A stretch of 64,000 nucleotides of DNA, from positions 21,589 to 85,588 of the forward strand of contig JAYTOU010000027.1 in NCBI GenBank assembly GCA_043747615.1, given 5' to 3'. The DNA comes from Myxococcales bacterium. GTDB taxonomy: Bacteria; Myxococcota_A; Polyangia; Polyangiales; Polyangiaceae. Position numbers and translations under genes: made by a program. Under the pieces are notes generated by a model, which ran no database searches, was not told the origin of the DNA, and worked only from the letters and a program-made list of their open reading frames with translations. The first letter of the stretch is position 1. Every line of letters starts with the position of its first letter. Positions 19,014 to 29,421 of the stretch are shown piece after piece.

Positions 19014-19676
19014 CTACGCTGCGTTCTCGAGCGAGGCGTTGTCGTGTTTGCTGGCGCGGCGATGACTTGCGGGGGCCGCCTCCTCACGCGCTTCGATCGC
19101 GACAGGAGTTCCGTCGAGGATCGCGCGGAGGCGCGAGCGTGCGCGGTGAAGACGCGAGCGAACGGCGCTCTCGCTGAGATCAAACCGGTCGGCAATTTCC
19201 TGGAGCCCGAGGTCCAGGTGGTAGTGGGCGACGACGACCTCGCGGTAGTCTTCCGGAAGCTCGGCCAGTGCGCTGCGCACGCGTGCATCACGCTCGCTGT
19301 TGGCAGCTCCGACGTCGCCGCGATCGAAAAGCTCGGCGTCGTTCGACGCGGGGAGCGCTCCGAGCTCCTCGAAATCAAGCCCTTCGACGAGGCGCGCGCG
19401 GTGCCGCCGCTGCGAGCGCATCATCATCAGCGCTTCGTTGGCGGTGACCCGAAAGAGCCAGGTCGAAAAGCTCGAGTCGCCACGGAAGCTGGCGAGCCGA
19501 CGCACGACTTGCATGAGGGTTGCCTGAAGCAGATCACGGCGATCCTCGTCCGCCACGGGGTAACGGAGAAGCTGCCGCTCGATGTGAGGACAGAGGCTCG
19601 ACACGAGAGCATTCAGCGCTCGGGTTTCTCCATCCACAGCGCGGCTAATAAGGGTGCGTTCGATCGCGAATGCCAT
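19014..19676 (-). CDS. ECF sigma-70 factor
   Basis: DLLQATL..FRGDSSFSTWLFRVTAN (region 2); LQEIA..SAVRSRLHRAR (region 4). Confidence 0.92.
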   Translation of the reverse strand: MAFAIERTLISRAVDGETRALNALVSSLCPHIERQLLRYPVADEDRRDLLQATLMQVVRRLASFRGDSSFSTWLFRVTANEALMMMRSQRRHRARLVEGLDFEELGALPASNDAELFDRGDVGAANSERDARVRSALAELPEDYREVVVAHYHLDLGLQEIADRFDLSESAVRSRLHRARSRLRAILDGTPVAIEAREEAAPASHRRASKHDNASLENAA

Positions 19677-19826
19677 TGGTGAGCCTCGGGGTGACGGGGC
19701 GTCCGCTCTTGCGCGGCGCGGTCGGTAGCTGCTCTTTTCGCAGCCAGTGCGACTCATTGCGAACGTCGTGCCGCATGTCTTGACGTTGACCGACGAGATG
19801 AACCCAGGGAGACTCCCGGGCCTCCC

Positions 19827-21053
19827 ATGCCGCCTCCCGGAATGCGCAACGACCCTTCTTTTCCCCTTCCTGGCGGCATGCGGGACCTACTTCCGGGCGA
19901 CGCGCTTCGCCGCCGCGACCTTGCGCAGCGCTTGCTTGACCGCTTCGCGCTGCATGGGTACGCGCTCGTCAATACCCCTGCGTTCGAGTTCGCGAGCGTT
20001 TTGGAGCGGGGACTGGGCACTCTTGACCCGAAGGACGTGCTTCGTTTCGTAGAGCCTGAGTCGGGTGAGGTAGCCGCCCTCGGCCCCGATATGACGCCTC
20101 AGATTGCGCGCATGATCGCCACACGCCTACGAAATCGCCACACGCCGTACCGCCTTTGCTACGAAGGGACGGTCCTCCGGCGGCGAAGTGGCCGCGCGCG
20201 GAAGCACCGCCAGATCCCGCAGGTGGGTATCGAGCTCGCGGGGGCCCCCGGCCTTCAGGGCGATATCGAAGTGCTCACCTTAGCGATCGAGGGCTTTCGT
20301 GCGGCAGGGTTGGAGGAATTTACGATCGACCTTGGCGAAGCAAGCATCGTCCGCACTTTGTTGGATGGCGCCGCGGACCATGTGGTCGCGCGTGTCAGTC
20401 GTGCTCTTGCAAAGAAGGACGAGCTCGAGCTCGAGGCCTGCGCTCGCGAAGAAGGCACACCCGCCCTCCTCGTCGAGCTCGTTCGGCTCCACGGCGGCCG
20501 AGAAGCCCTCACCTCTGCGCGGCGACTCCTGGCGAACGGTCCAGGTGAAGCGGGACTCCGGCGGCTCGAGACGCTGTTCGAAGCGGCGTGCGCGCGCGGG
20601 CTCGAGCGTCACCTCACGGTCGACCTCGGAGAAGCGAAGGGCTTCGAGTACTATACAGGTCCCACTTTCCACGTGTACGCACCGGGGCCTGGCGAGGTGC
20701 TCGGGGCAGGCGGTCGCTACGACGACTTGCTCGCCCGCTTCGGGGTGCCGATGCCCGCGGTCGGCTTCGGCTACGATCTCGACTCTGTTGCCTGGGCGCT
20801 TCGCGAGGCCAACGTCGTGTCGAAAACGCCGCTCCGCGTAGTCGTGGTGAAGCCCGCGCCGGGCGAGCTCGGGAGCTTCCGAGCAAGCGCCGTCGCCGCT
20901 GTGGAGGCGGAGGATCGCGAAAATGCCCTAAACTATGCGGCAGATTGGGGCTGTCGCTTCGTCCTCGACGGCAAGACCCTCTTCGACGTGCAGAGCGGCA
21001 CCGAGATCGATTCGACCGATCCCGTAGCAGACGTCCTTCGATCAAACGGCTAG
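19827..21053 (+). CDS. hisZ: ATP phosphoribosyltransferase regulatory subunit
   Basis: LPGGMRDLLP, PDMTPQIAR, QVGIEL, YYTG, GGRYDDL; lies upstream of purA. Confidence 0.88.
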   Translation: MPPPGMRNDPSFPLPGGMRDLLPGDALRRRDLAQRLLDRFALHGYALVNTPAFEFASVLERGLGTLDPKDVLRFVEPESGEVAALGPDMTPQIARMIATRLRNRHTPYRLCYEGTVLRRRSGRARKHRQIPQVGIELAGAPGLQGDIEVLTLAIEGFRAAGLEEFTIDLGEASIVRTLLDGAADHVVARVSRALAKKDELELEACAREEGTPALLVELVRLHGGREALTSARRLLANGPGEAGLRRLETLFEAACARGLERHLTVDLGEAKGFEYYTGPTFHVYAPGPGEVLGAGGRYDDLLARFGVPMPAVGFGYDLDSVAWALREANVVSKTPLRVVVVKPAPGELGSFRASAVAAVEAEDRENALNYAADWGCRFVLDGKTLFDVQSGTEIDSTDPVADVLRSNG

Positions 21054-21092
21054 TCTGGCGGCCGTGAAACCCTGGCGACGTAAGGAGAATCG

Positions 21093-22385
21093 ATGAGCGC
21101 GGTTGTGATCGTCGGAGCGCAGTGGGGCGACGAGGGCAAAGGAAAGATCGTCGACATCTTCACCGAGTTCGCTCACATGGTGGTGCGCTACGCCGGCGGC
21201 CCGAACGCAGGCCACACCCTCGTCGTCGGAAACAACGAGAAGGTGGTGGTGCGTCTCATTCCAAGCGGCATTCTGCGGCCGGAAACGCGGTGCGTCCTCG
21301 CTCAGGGAATGGCCATCGACCCCACGAGCTTGGTCGGCGAAATCGACGAGCTCGCCAAGCGCGGCTACGGAAAAGACGGGCAGCTCGCGCTCTCCGATCG
21401 CGCACACACCATTCTGCCGTACCACGTGCTCGTCGACACGCTGCGTGAGCAAGGCGAAGGTGCCATCGGAACGACGAAGCGCGGCGTCGGACCTTGCTAC
21501 GAAGACAAGGCCGCACGACGCGGCATCACGATGGGAATGCTCCGCGATCTCAAGGAGACCGAGAAGCGTGTGGCCTGGGCCCTCGAGGGTTGGCGTCCGG
21601 TCATTGCGGCTCTCGGAGGAGAGCCTCCCACGGTTGGGTCGATCATGGAGACGCTCGCGCGCCTTCAGCCTCGCATCGTGCCGCTCCTCACGGACGCAGC
21701 GCTACTCGTCGATGGCGCGCTTCGCGAAAAAAAGAACGTCCTCTTCGAAGGTGCGCAGGGAACGCTGCTCGACATCGATCACGGCACCTATCCGTTCGTC
21801 ACCTCCTCTACCGCCACCGCGGCGGGCGCGTGCACGGGGAGCGGCGTCGGGCCCACGCGCATCAACCGGGTCATCGGTCTCGTGAAGGCGTACACGACAC
21901 GCGTCGGCGGTGGACCGTTTCCGACCGAGCTCCTCGACGAGACCGGAGAGCGTCTACGCAAGGCGGGGGCGGAATTCGGATCGGTAACCGGGCGGCCGCG
22001 CCGCTGTGGCTGGCTCGACGTTCCTGCGCTTCGCTATGCGTCGCGGATCAACGGTCTCGACGGCCTCGCGCTCACGAAGCTCGACGTGCTCACCGGCCTC
22101 GACGAGCTGCAGGTGTGCGTCCGCTACAAGACCCCACACGGCGAGACGAGCGAATTTCCGATCGACGGGCTCGCCACTGCGCAGCCCATTTACCGCTCGT
22201 TCAAGGGGTGGAACGCCGACCTGTCCGGGGTGAAGAAACTGGAAGATCTTCCCACGCAAGCGCGTGAGTACATCGCGTTCATAGAGGCCGAGGTCGGCTG
22301 CGCTGCCACGCTCGTGAGCGTCGGGTCGCGCCGTGAGGAGACGATCTCGCTCGAGAATCCGTTCGAGGTAGCGCGCGGGTCTTGA
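21093..22385 (+). CDS. purA: Adenylosuccinate synthetase
   Basis: GAQWGDEGKGK, NAGHT, EGAQG, GTYPFVTSS, TGRPRRCGW, TKLDVL. Confidence 0.98.
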   Translation: MSAVVIVGAQWGDEGKGKIVDIFTEFAHMVVRYAGGPNAGHTLVVGNNEKVVVRLIPSGILRPETRCVLAQGMAIDPTSLVGEIDELAKRGYGKDGQLALSDRAHTILPYHVLVDTLREQGEGAIGTTKRGVGPCYEDKAARRGITMGMLRDLKETEKRVAWALEGWRPVIAALGGEPPTVGSIMETLARLQPRIVPLLTDAALLVDGALREKKNVLFEGAQGTLLDIDHGTYPFVTSSTATAAGACTGSGVGPTRINRVIGLVKAYTTRVGGGPFPTELLDETGERLRKAGAEFGSVTGRPRRCGWLDVPALRYASRINGLDGLALTKLDVLTGLDELQVCVRYKTPHGETSEFPIDGLATAQPIYRSFKGWNADLSGVKKLEDLPTQAREYIAFIEAEVGCAATLVSVGSRREETISLENPFEVARGS

Positions 22386-22407
22386 GGCTCTACACTCGAT
22401 TCCAGCC

Positions 22408-23385
22408 ATGCTGAGCGCATTTCTGGGGTTGATCCTCTTCGCGCAGACGTCTTCCGGGCTCGGAGCTGGGTCAGTCGCGGGGTCGACCACGGGCGGTCGT
22501 CCGCAAGAGTGCGTGGGGCTCGACGGCGCGAATGGCGCAAACGTGTGGGAGCGCGCGAAGACGCCGGCGCTTCGGACGTATTGCAATCTCCTCGCGAGCG
22601 GGTCGTCGAAGCTCGCGGGCACGGTGATGATTTCCGATGCTTCGACCGATCCGCGTCGCGTGCAGAATTTGAAAGACGTGCTCGCCGTCGCCGATGAAGC
22701 GGACCGTACCGTCGCCGGAAAGACGGCGCCGAGCGTGCTGCGCGGCCGAGCGTTTGCGAGGCTCGGGGATTTTCCACGTGCCTACGCCGCGCTCCACGAC
22801 GCGAAGGAGCGCGATGAGCGCGCGCTCGAAGATCCGGTAGCGCTCCTCGCATGGGGACGCGTCGCCCTCCGCACCGGGCACCTCGCAGAAGCGAGCGAGG
22901 CCTACCGCGCGCTCCTTCCGCGAGCGTCGGCGTTGCAACCGGCGGATCGCGGGGTTGCCTACCTCGAAGCTGGAATGATGGCCATGGCGCGCGGAGTCGG
23001 CGATCTCGACGAAGCGATCCAAATTTTTCGCCAGGCTCGGCGCGATTCGCAGGACGTCGCGCAGACCGTGGCGGTGCTCGCCCTCGCCCTCGCCCTCGAT
23101 CGATCGGGCGAACGCGACGAGGCGCGCGCCGTTCTCTCCGAGCGCATTCACACCGATCCCCACGGCGTCCTCAGCGACGCCCGCGCCCGCCAGATCCTCG
23201 GGCCCGCATCGGGTGAGTCGGAGGTGGACGCCCTCGCGGCCCTCGCGCTCGAACCGCTCGACGCGAATCTCGCTCGCGAATCGTGGAAGAAATATCTAGA
23301 AAAATCTCCACCGGCGGCATGGGTCGAACATGCGCGCGCGCACGAAGCAGCTCTGGGTGGAGCGAGGGGAGGGAAGCGCAAGTGA
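22408..23385 (+). CDS. Secreted TPR-repeat protein
   Basis: Signal peptide followed by Ala/Leu-rich helical repeats. Confidence 0.7.
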   Translation: MLSAFLGLILFAQTSSGLGAGSVAGSTTGGRPQECVGLDGANGANVWERAKTPALRTYCNLLASGSSKLAGTVMISDASTDPRRVQNLKDVLAVADEADRTVAGKTAPSVLRGRAFARLGDFPRAYAALHDAKERDERALEDPVALLAWGRVALRTGHLAEASEAYRALLPRASALQPADRGVAYLEAGMMAMARGVGDLDEAIQIFRQARRDSQDVAQTVAVLALALALDRSGERDEARAVLSERIHTDPHGVLSDARARQILGPASGESEVDALAALALEPLDANLARESWKKYLEKSPPAAWVEHARAHEAALGGARGGKRK

Positions 23386-24419
23386 CCTCATTCCTGCGGC
23401 GATGCGCGCTCCTCGTGCTGCTTGCGACGAGCGTCTTTCACTCCACGAGCGCAAACGGCGAGACGCCCCCGAACGCGTGGGACGTGGCAAAAGATCCGCT
23501 CGTTCGCGATCGCTACAATCTCCACCTCGAGGTGCAGAAGTTGCTGGAAATTCGGGATCTGCCGCAGATCGGGTCGCTGCGAAACCTCACCGCCGATAGA
23601 GCGCGGGTGATGCTCGAGGCCGAGGATGCAGCGCAGAGTCCGGACCCGCGATTGCGCTTCGACTTAGGCGAGGTGTACGAGCTTCTCGAGCGCTACGATG
23701 CCGTCATCGGTGTGCTGGAGGGCGCGCTCGCCATGGCCCCGGATCATCCCGCGGCGACCCGAGCGTGGTTCGTCCTTGCCGGAGCCTACGCCCACAAGGA
23801 CTCGGCGGAGGCGTCGCGAAAAGAGATCTCCGCGTACCGCGCGTACCTTGCGCGGGAGACGGACGACGAGGATCGCGCCATCGCCATGCTCAACCTCGCC
23901 GAGGCGGAGATGCACCTCGGTGAAATGGATTTTGCGGTCAGCGACTACCAAGAGTCGATGCGTCTCGCGGCGTCGTCACCGCGGGTGCGCGGCCCCATCA
24001 CTGAAATTTTGGCCGTGTGGGGGCTCGCCGTCGCCTACGACCGGTCGGGCGATGCGACGGGCGCGACCGCCCAAGCCAAGCTCGCCACGCAGATGGATGA
24101 CCGCGACCGGCTCATCAGCGATAAAAAATTCACGTTCTTCGTCCCTGAATACGAGCGCAACTGGTACCTCGGTCTCGCCGCCATGGCTCACGCGCGCAAA
24201 GAACAGGATCCGCGCCTCATCCTCGCCCACTGGGTGGACGCGGAGCAGCGCTGGGACGCGTACGTCGCGGGAGCGGAGAAGCCTTCGAGCGGCGATCGCT
24301 GGGCTGCGCGGGCCCGTTTTCATCGCGATTTCGTCCGCGCCGAGAGGGTGAAAGCCGCTGCACGGGTGGCGAAGCTTCCGCCTCAGCGCCACCCGACAGG
24401 CCTACCGACCGATTTTTAG
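23382..24419 (+). CDS. Secreted TPR-repeat protein, related to the upstream gene
   Basis: GTGA overlap; signal peptide; shared N[VA]W..AK and LA.A.DRSG motifs. Confidence 0.72.
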   Translation: MTSFLRRCALLVLLATSVFHSTSANGETPPNAWDVAKDPLVRDRYNLHLEVQKLLEIRDLPQIGSLRNLTADRARVMLEAEDAAQSPDPRLRFDLGEVYELLERYDAVIGVLEGALAMAPDHPAATRAWFVLAGAYAHKDSAEASRKEISAYRAYLARETDDEDRAIAMLNLAEAEMHLGEMDFAVSDYQESMRLAASSPRVRGPITEILAVWGLAVAYDRSGDATGATAQAKLATQMDDRDRLISDKKFTFFVPEYERNWYLGLAAMAHARKEQDPRLILAHWVDAEQRWDAYVAGAEKPSSGDRWAARARFHRDFVRAERVKAAARVAKLPPQRHPTGLPTDF

Positions 24420-24420
24420 A

Positions 24421-26382
24421 TCAACTGGTCCGCTCCGCCGCGAGGCGTTGCGTGCAGACTGCAATTTGTCGCTCGAGCTCGTCTGGAGGAAGAGAGAGGC
24501 TCGTGCATGCGCGCTCCAGGATCTGTCGCTCGCGGGCGTCGATCTTCCCGTCCATCAGCGCGGCTTCCACCAAGCCCGCGAGAAACCACTGCGGGGAGCT
24601 CGTGGGAACGGAGCCGGCCATCACGGCTTGAGGATGAGCAAAGGCCTGCTCCACGGCCTCTTCGGGCAAGTGCCAGCGATCGGCGCACATCCGCAGGAGC
24701 TTCCGCTCGTTTCGCGCGATCTGACCGTCACTCGCCATCATCGCGGCCATTTGGGCGAAGAGAATGCTCCGCTCGCGAGGATCAGCGATGTTCGGCACGA
24801 GCCAGTCGGGAAGCACCGCTGATTGCTGAGGATTGTTTCGCGGACGAACGTCTCCGGCTCCGAGCATCGCGTCGAGCACCCAGGACTGCGCGCCCGCAGA
24901 GATCTCCGCGTTGCAGTGATCGCATCGCGGCGTGTCGCTCTCGGTGAGAGCCGCTCCGCATTCAGCGCAAACGAGGGCGGTCATGGATTGAGGCGAGACG
25001 ACCCCTACGCGCCGCACCAAGCGAGCCACCGTTTGCACCGGGGCTGCCGCTGAACCCTGTTGGAATTCCGCCGACCAGTAGACCTTGACGTAGACATGAT
25101 CGAAGTCTCCGTCGGGACCGGGATCGACGAGGATGGTCTCGGCGCCACCTACGGCCGCGTTGCGGGCTGCGGTGGGGAGGGTCGCGCGCTGCGCCAAGAA
25201 TTCGGGCGTGGAGCACTTGCGGAGAGGCGCGAGGTTTTGCTTCTTCGCCGCCTCGAGCCACTTCCAGAAGAGGTACGACGCGCGATCCTCGAGCCCCTCC
25301 GGCGTGACGCCAGAGTCGTCGGCGCGCAGAGCGTCGAGGCCAGGGATTACGGTGGTTGCATCGGGATACCACTCGGAGAGCTGGGTGATCTCGGCGAGGA
25401 CCCAGTCGTGCTCACCCGAGCAGACGAGAGCGTTGCAGTACCTGCATTTGACGACGGCCCCTTCGCCGAGCGGCGCCCCGCATGCCGGGCACGCTTTACC
25501 AACCTGGTCGGCGGGCATCTTCGTCGTCGCTCCTTGGCGACGAACGAGAGTCCAGATCTCGGTGTACGGGGCGACCTGCGCCTGGCGAAGCGCCTGTGCT
25601 GCTTGCTCGGGCGTCGAGTTGAAGGGAATGTTCTGATCCCTGGCTTGCGCGGTGAACCGAACGTGGACGACGTCGAGCGGAGGGGCGGTGGAGACGGCTT
25701 CGATCGTGATGTAGAGGACGGAGGCGTCGCTCATCACGTTGCGGAGCCCTTCCACCTTCATCATCTCGAGCTGCACCACGAAACGGCTGAAAACACCGTC
25801 TGAAACGAAGGCGCGGGCAGGTCGCATGTCACCGCCGCACCAGGCCTCGCGCAGAATGATCGACATGCGGTTGACGCGATCGAGGATGCTCGCTTCCGTG
25901 AGCTGAGGATCGCGCGCGCGCAGCGGATCGAGAGATACCGACGCCCGTGCCGTTGCCCCGGCGTCGTATTGCGCCGACAAGATGGCCGCGCGCGTTTGCT
26001 TGGTGGAGCCGTTGGAGCGCGCGACAACGAGAACGATGACGATGATTCCCGCGACGAGGATGATGAACCCCCAACCGCCGTCGCTGCTGCGGCTACCCGA
26101 ATACGTGCTCGAGCCGGAGCTCACCCCGAAGCCGGAGCTGCCGCTGCTCCGCGATCCGTTGCTCCCTGAGCTTCCCGAGCTCCCTGAGCTTCCTGAGCTT
26201 CCCGAGCTGCTGTGACTTCCCGAGCTCCCTGAGCTTCCCGAGCTTCGACTGCCGCCACTGAAGCTTCCGCCACCGCCGGGTCGGGCGCTCGCTGTGAGCG
26301 GAAGGAGAAAAAGCACCAGCGCGGCGACGACGCACACGCGGCAAACGGCGCGGACGGCGCGCGGAAGGAAGGACTCGTGCAT
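24421..26382 (-). CDS. Membrane protein with Gly/Ser-rich N-terminus, two Tim44-like domains, Zn ribbons and a C-terminal TerB-like domain
   Basis: ARPGGGGSF, SSG repeats, TM helix; YTEIWTLVR; CPAC..CRYC and CAEC..CDHC; MMASDGQIARNE and ALMDGKIDARE. Confidence 0.8.
   Translation of the reverse strand: MHESFLPRAVRAVCRVCVVAALVLFLLPLTASARPGGGGSFSGGSRSSGSSGSSGSHSSSGSSGSSGSSGSSGSNGSRSSGSSGFGVSSGSSTYSGSRSSDGGWGFIILVAGIIVIVLVVARSNGSTKQTRAAILSAQYDAGATARASVSLDPLRARDPQLTEASILDRVNRMSIILREAWCGGDMRPARAFVSDGVFSRFVVQLEMMKVEGLRNVMSDASVLYITIEAVSTAPPLDVVHVRFTAQARDQNIPFNSTPEQAAQALRQAQVAPYTEIWTLVRRQGATTKMPADQVGKACPACGAPLGEGAVVKCRYCNALVCSGEHDWVLAEITQLSEWYPDATTVIPGLDALRADDSGVTPEGLEDRASYLFWKWLEAAKKQNLAPLRKCSTPEFLAQRATLPTAARNAAVGGAETILVDPGPDGDFDHVYVKVYWSAEFQQGSAAAPVQTVARLVRRVGVVSPQSMTALVCAECGAALTESDTPRCDHCNAEISAGAQSWVLDAMLGAGDVRPRNNPQQSAVLPDWLVPNIADPRERSILFAQMAAMMASDGQIARNERKLLRMCADRWHLPEEAVEQAFAHPQAVMAGSVPTSSPQWFLAGLVEAALMDGKIDARERQILERACTSLSLPPDELERQIAVCTQRLAAERTS
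26161..26245 (-). repeat. Imperfect 9-bp tandem repeat encoding (SSG)n
   Basis: gctccctga/gcttcccga units visible on the + strand. Confidence 0.85.
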
Positions 26383-26396
26383 GGGGACTCCGTACT

Positions 26397-26786
26397 TCAC
26401 TGTGCAGCTTGAGCGCAGCTCGAGGGCGAACCGCAGCCTGCGGTGTTCGTGCAGGTGGTGCATGTCGTCGCGCAGTTGAACTTGCATGTTGTCCGCGTTA
26501 GTTTGCACATGTTTCGGCAGCTGCTCCCGCCACACGCGGCTGCACACGTGGCCTCCGCAGCGTCGCAGTCCGCGGCGCAGGTCATGGCGGTGGCTAAGCA
26601 CGTCGACCCGCAGGCAGCGTCGCTCCCGGCATCCGCGGCGCCGTCACTGGCATCCGCGGAGCTCGCCTCGGAGGGTGGCCCTCCCTCTTGAGGACCGCCC
26701 TCACCATGCGACGCGACGAACGCGTCGAAGTCGTGCGCGCACGCGGTAAGAGAAAACGCGACGGCTAATGCCGCGAGGCGACTCAA
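26397..26786 (-). CDS. Small Cys-rich lipoprotein
   Basis: TTG start in a TTGA overlap; lipobox LTAC; CxxxC repeats. Confidence 0.75.
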   Translation of the reverse strand: MSRLAALAVAFSLTACAHDFDAFVASHGEGGPQEGGPPSEASSADASDGAADAGSDAACGSTCLATAMTCAADCDAAEATCAAACGGSSCRNMCKLTRTTCKFNCATTCTTCTNTAGCGSPSSCAQAAQ

Positions 26787-27733
26787 AACGTCCCTCCTAG
26801 CCCGGTGAACGAGGGCGAGAGCACGAGCGCCGTCGTTGTCTTCGCGTTGGGCATACTGAGGACATACAACGTCGCGCCCACTCCGGCGCCGAGAATTCCG
26901 AAGACCAACCCGACGTTTGCCAATGTTTGCTCGGTCTTGCCTCTACTGATGTCGCCGCTCATCGAGGCCGGGCAAGGCTCCGCGCCGCACCGCGATTGCA
27001 GATCGCTGTACGTGCCGTTCGCGAGAATCCCGGCGATCGCGAAGGTGACGAGCCCGACCGCGCCCACGCCGCCCGCGACGTACGCGTACGTTCGGAGCTT
27101 CGTCCGATCAGGAACGGGTGCGGGCGAACCGGACGCACTCGCGCCGGCGGCGTCCACGACCACGACCTTTCGCTCGCCTGCAGCCACGTCGACCGACTTG
27201 CTCACCGGGGCTTGGGGCGGGGTCTCCACGACCACCTCCGTCTTGCCGGGCATCACGGGCGCGCGCTCGCCCCACGCATCGCGGCCGACCTCGGCTCCGC
27301 CGACCTTGACCGTCGTGCCCGCAGTCGCATGCTCGACCTGCACGGAGACGAAGCCAACCTTGGTCTCGAGAGACTTGCGCTCTGCCGCCGAAGCGTCCCC
27401 AGCTTTGTCGTACTTGTGGTCCCTGTGGGCCGCTGCATCGGCTTCGGTCCGCGCAAACTCGGTGTACGCGTCGGCATATTTGCCCGACTCGCGAAGAGCG
27501 CGCGCAAGGTAGAGACGCGCGTTCGGGCTGGCGACGATCTCGTTCGAGGCACGGAAGCTCGAGACCGACTCCTCGTATTTTCCCACCTCGTAGAGCTGTC
27601 GTCCGACCGTGAAACGCGCCTGGGCTTGCTCGCGCTCCGCGGGGGTAGCGTGCGCGGGGTCGACGCCTGCCGCGCCAGCGGTGAGCGAGGTGAGGACGAC
27701 GGCGAGACAAACTCCGATATATGCAATCTGCAT
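26783..27733 (-). CDS. TPR + PEGA-like protein with C-terminal hydrophobic segments
   Basis: TGATG coupling to the pseudokinase; AQARFTVGRQLYEVGKY TPR; ends in GGTF. Confidence 0.8.
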   Translation of the reverse strand: MQIAYIGVCLAVVLTSLTAGAAGVDPAHATPAEREQAQARFTVGRQLYEVGKYEESVSSFRASNEIVASPNARLYLARALRESGKYADAYTEFARTEADAAAHRDHKYDKAGDASAAERKSLETKVGFVSVQVEHATAGTTVKVGGAEVGRDAWGERAPVMPGKTEVVVETPPQAPVSKSVDVAAGERKVVVVDAAGASASGSPAPVPDRTKLRTYAYVAGGVGAVGLVTFAIAGILANGTYSDLQSRCGAEPCPASMSGDISRGKTEQTLANVGLVFGILGAGVGATLYVLSMPNAKTTTALVLSPSFTGLGGTF

Positions 27734-29388
27734 CAAATACTCTGGGGCTCGTAACTCGACTTCGGACGCGGCTTGGGGGTGGTCTTGGGAGCCACGATCC
27801 GAGGGACGGGGGGCGTGACTTCGCGAGGCGACGACGCAGGCTCGGCGGGAAGAACTACCGATGGCGCCGCGATCGGCGACGCGGGCGGCGCTTCTCGAAC
27901 GATCGGTTCCACCGGATCCGATTTCTTCGCCAAGGGCGCGGCATCTTTCGGCGCAAAGGCTACGCGGATTGCGGCGACGAAGAGGATTATCACGCAAAGC
28001 GCGACGAGACCCGCGACGATCCCTACCCGCCAAGTTCGGGGCGGTCGAAGACGCGTGCGCTGCGCCGCTTCCATCGTACTCGGAGCGAGGTCTGGCGTCG
28101 TGTCCGGGGCCTCTGCGATCTCGGTTGCCGGAACGTCAAGGGCGAGGGGGGGCGCGGCGACCGGGACCAAGAGCGCTTTTAGCGCGATGATGGTCGGCAG
28201 CGGCGCTTGGACCATCGATGGAACGCAGACCCGTGGGGGCGCGCCGGACGGTGCTTTCGAGGGCCCACGGGAAGGCTTGCGTGAAGGGATGGGCGGCGGC
28301 ATCGAACGCGCGGGCGCCTTGGCTTCCACGACGTCCTGCCAATCGATCTCTTCGGCCTGCTCCTGCGCGCGGGCGGGCCGCGGGGCGCTCGTCTTCGCCG
28401 AGGTAACGGTTTGCGGAGGCTTCAAGCGCAGTCGGCGAGCCTCGATCCTCTCGCCCGCGCGCGCGCTCACTGCTGCGGCGACTTGCAGGGTCGGTGCGAG
28501 CTTGGGTTGCACCGCGCGCCGGATTGCGTCGGCGAAATCCTTCGCAGTGGAGAATCGTCTCTCCGGGCTTACCTGGAGAGCGCGCGCGGCAATGTTCACG
28601 AGTGGCTCGGCCCACGCGCCGTCGTCCGGGAGCTTGGCCCGCGGTAAGTCCCCCGCGAGCTGCAAGGTGAGCGCGGCCTCCGGAGTGCTCTGCGCGAACA
28701 ACCGCTCACCGGAGATCGCTTCCCAGAGCATCACGCCGACGGCGTACAAATCGGCGCGCAGATCGAGACCGTCACCGACGAGCGTCTCCGGCGCTACATA
28801 ACCGAGCGTCGCTTTCACGCGCTCCCTGAGCTTCTCCGCGTCAGTCCGGTCCGGGCGCGGCATGCGGTGCGGACGGATGATCCGCGCAGTCCCGTCGAGA
28901 CCCACGAGCACGTTCGCCGGCGTCACCTCGCCGTGCACGATCGATTTCGCCGGCGTCCCATTTTCGAGCTCCGGAGCGGTGTGAAGGGCGTCGAGGCCAG
29001 CCAAAAGATCGACCAGGACCGCGAGGCGCACCGCGAGCTCTAGGCGCTTCTTGCCGCCGATCGGGGCGGTGAGCTCCGCGAGCGTCTCTCCCTCGACGAA
29101 ATCGGACGCGATGCCCACGAGCTGCGAGGTGACGAAGACTTCCCGCACGCGGGAGAAGTGGGGATTCCTGATTAGCGCCATCCGCCGCGCGGCCCGCGTG
29201 AACGTTTCGATCTCCTTTGCAGACAGACTGGCGCGCGCTATTCGCTCGACGATCACGAGCTCGCGCAGGGCGGACGTGTACGCAGCGAAGGTGGTCGGCG
29301 ATCGCCCTCCCAGCTCGCAGATCAACGTGTACTTGCCGATGACCCCCCCCGCCGTCTCGGGAAGCACCGACGGAGAACTCGCCGCCAC
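27733..29388 (-). CDS. Membrane-anchored Ser/Thr pseudokinase
   Basis: Kinase fold (IVHGEVTPANVLV, LGYVAPE, DLYAVGVMLWE) but lacks the Gly-loop, VAIK Lys, HRD Asp and DFG. Confidence 0.85.
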   Translation of the reverse strand: MAASSPSVLPETAGGVIGKYTLICELGGRSPTTFAAYTSALRELVIVERIARASLSAKEIETFTRAARRMALIRNPHFSRVREVFVTSQLVGIASDFVEGETLAELTAPIGGKKRLELAVRLAVLVDLLAGLDALHTAPELENGTPAKSIVHGEVTPANVLVGLDGTARIIRPHRMPRPDRTDAEKLRERVKATLGYVAPETLVGDGLDLRADLYAVGVMLWEAISGERLFAQSTPEAALTLQLAGDLPRAKLPDDGAWAEPLVNIAARALQVSPERRFSTAKDFADAIRRAVQPKLAPTLQVAAAVSARAGERIEARRLRLKPPQTVTSAKTSAPRPARAQEQAEEIDWQDVVEAKAPARSMPPPIPSRKPSRGPSKAPSGAPPRVCVPSMVQAPLPTIIALKALLVPVAAPPLALDVPATEIAEAPDTTPDLAPSTMEAAQRTRLRPPRTWRVGIVAGLVALCVIILFVAAIRVAFAPKDAAPLAKKSDPVEPIVREAPPASPIAAPSVVLPAEPASSPREVTPPVPRIVAPKTTPKPRPKSSYEPQSI

Positions 29389-29421
29389 CTTGAAAAGGTA
29401 CGCTAGATTTCGCGAGAGTGG

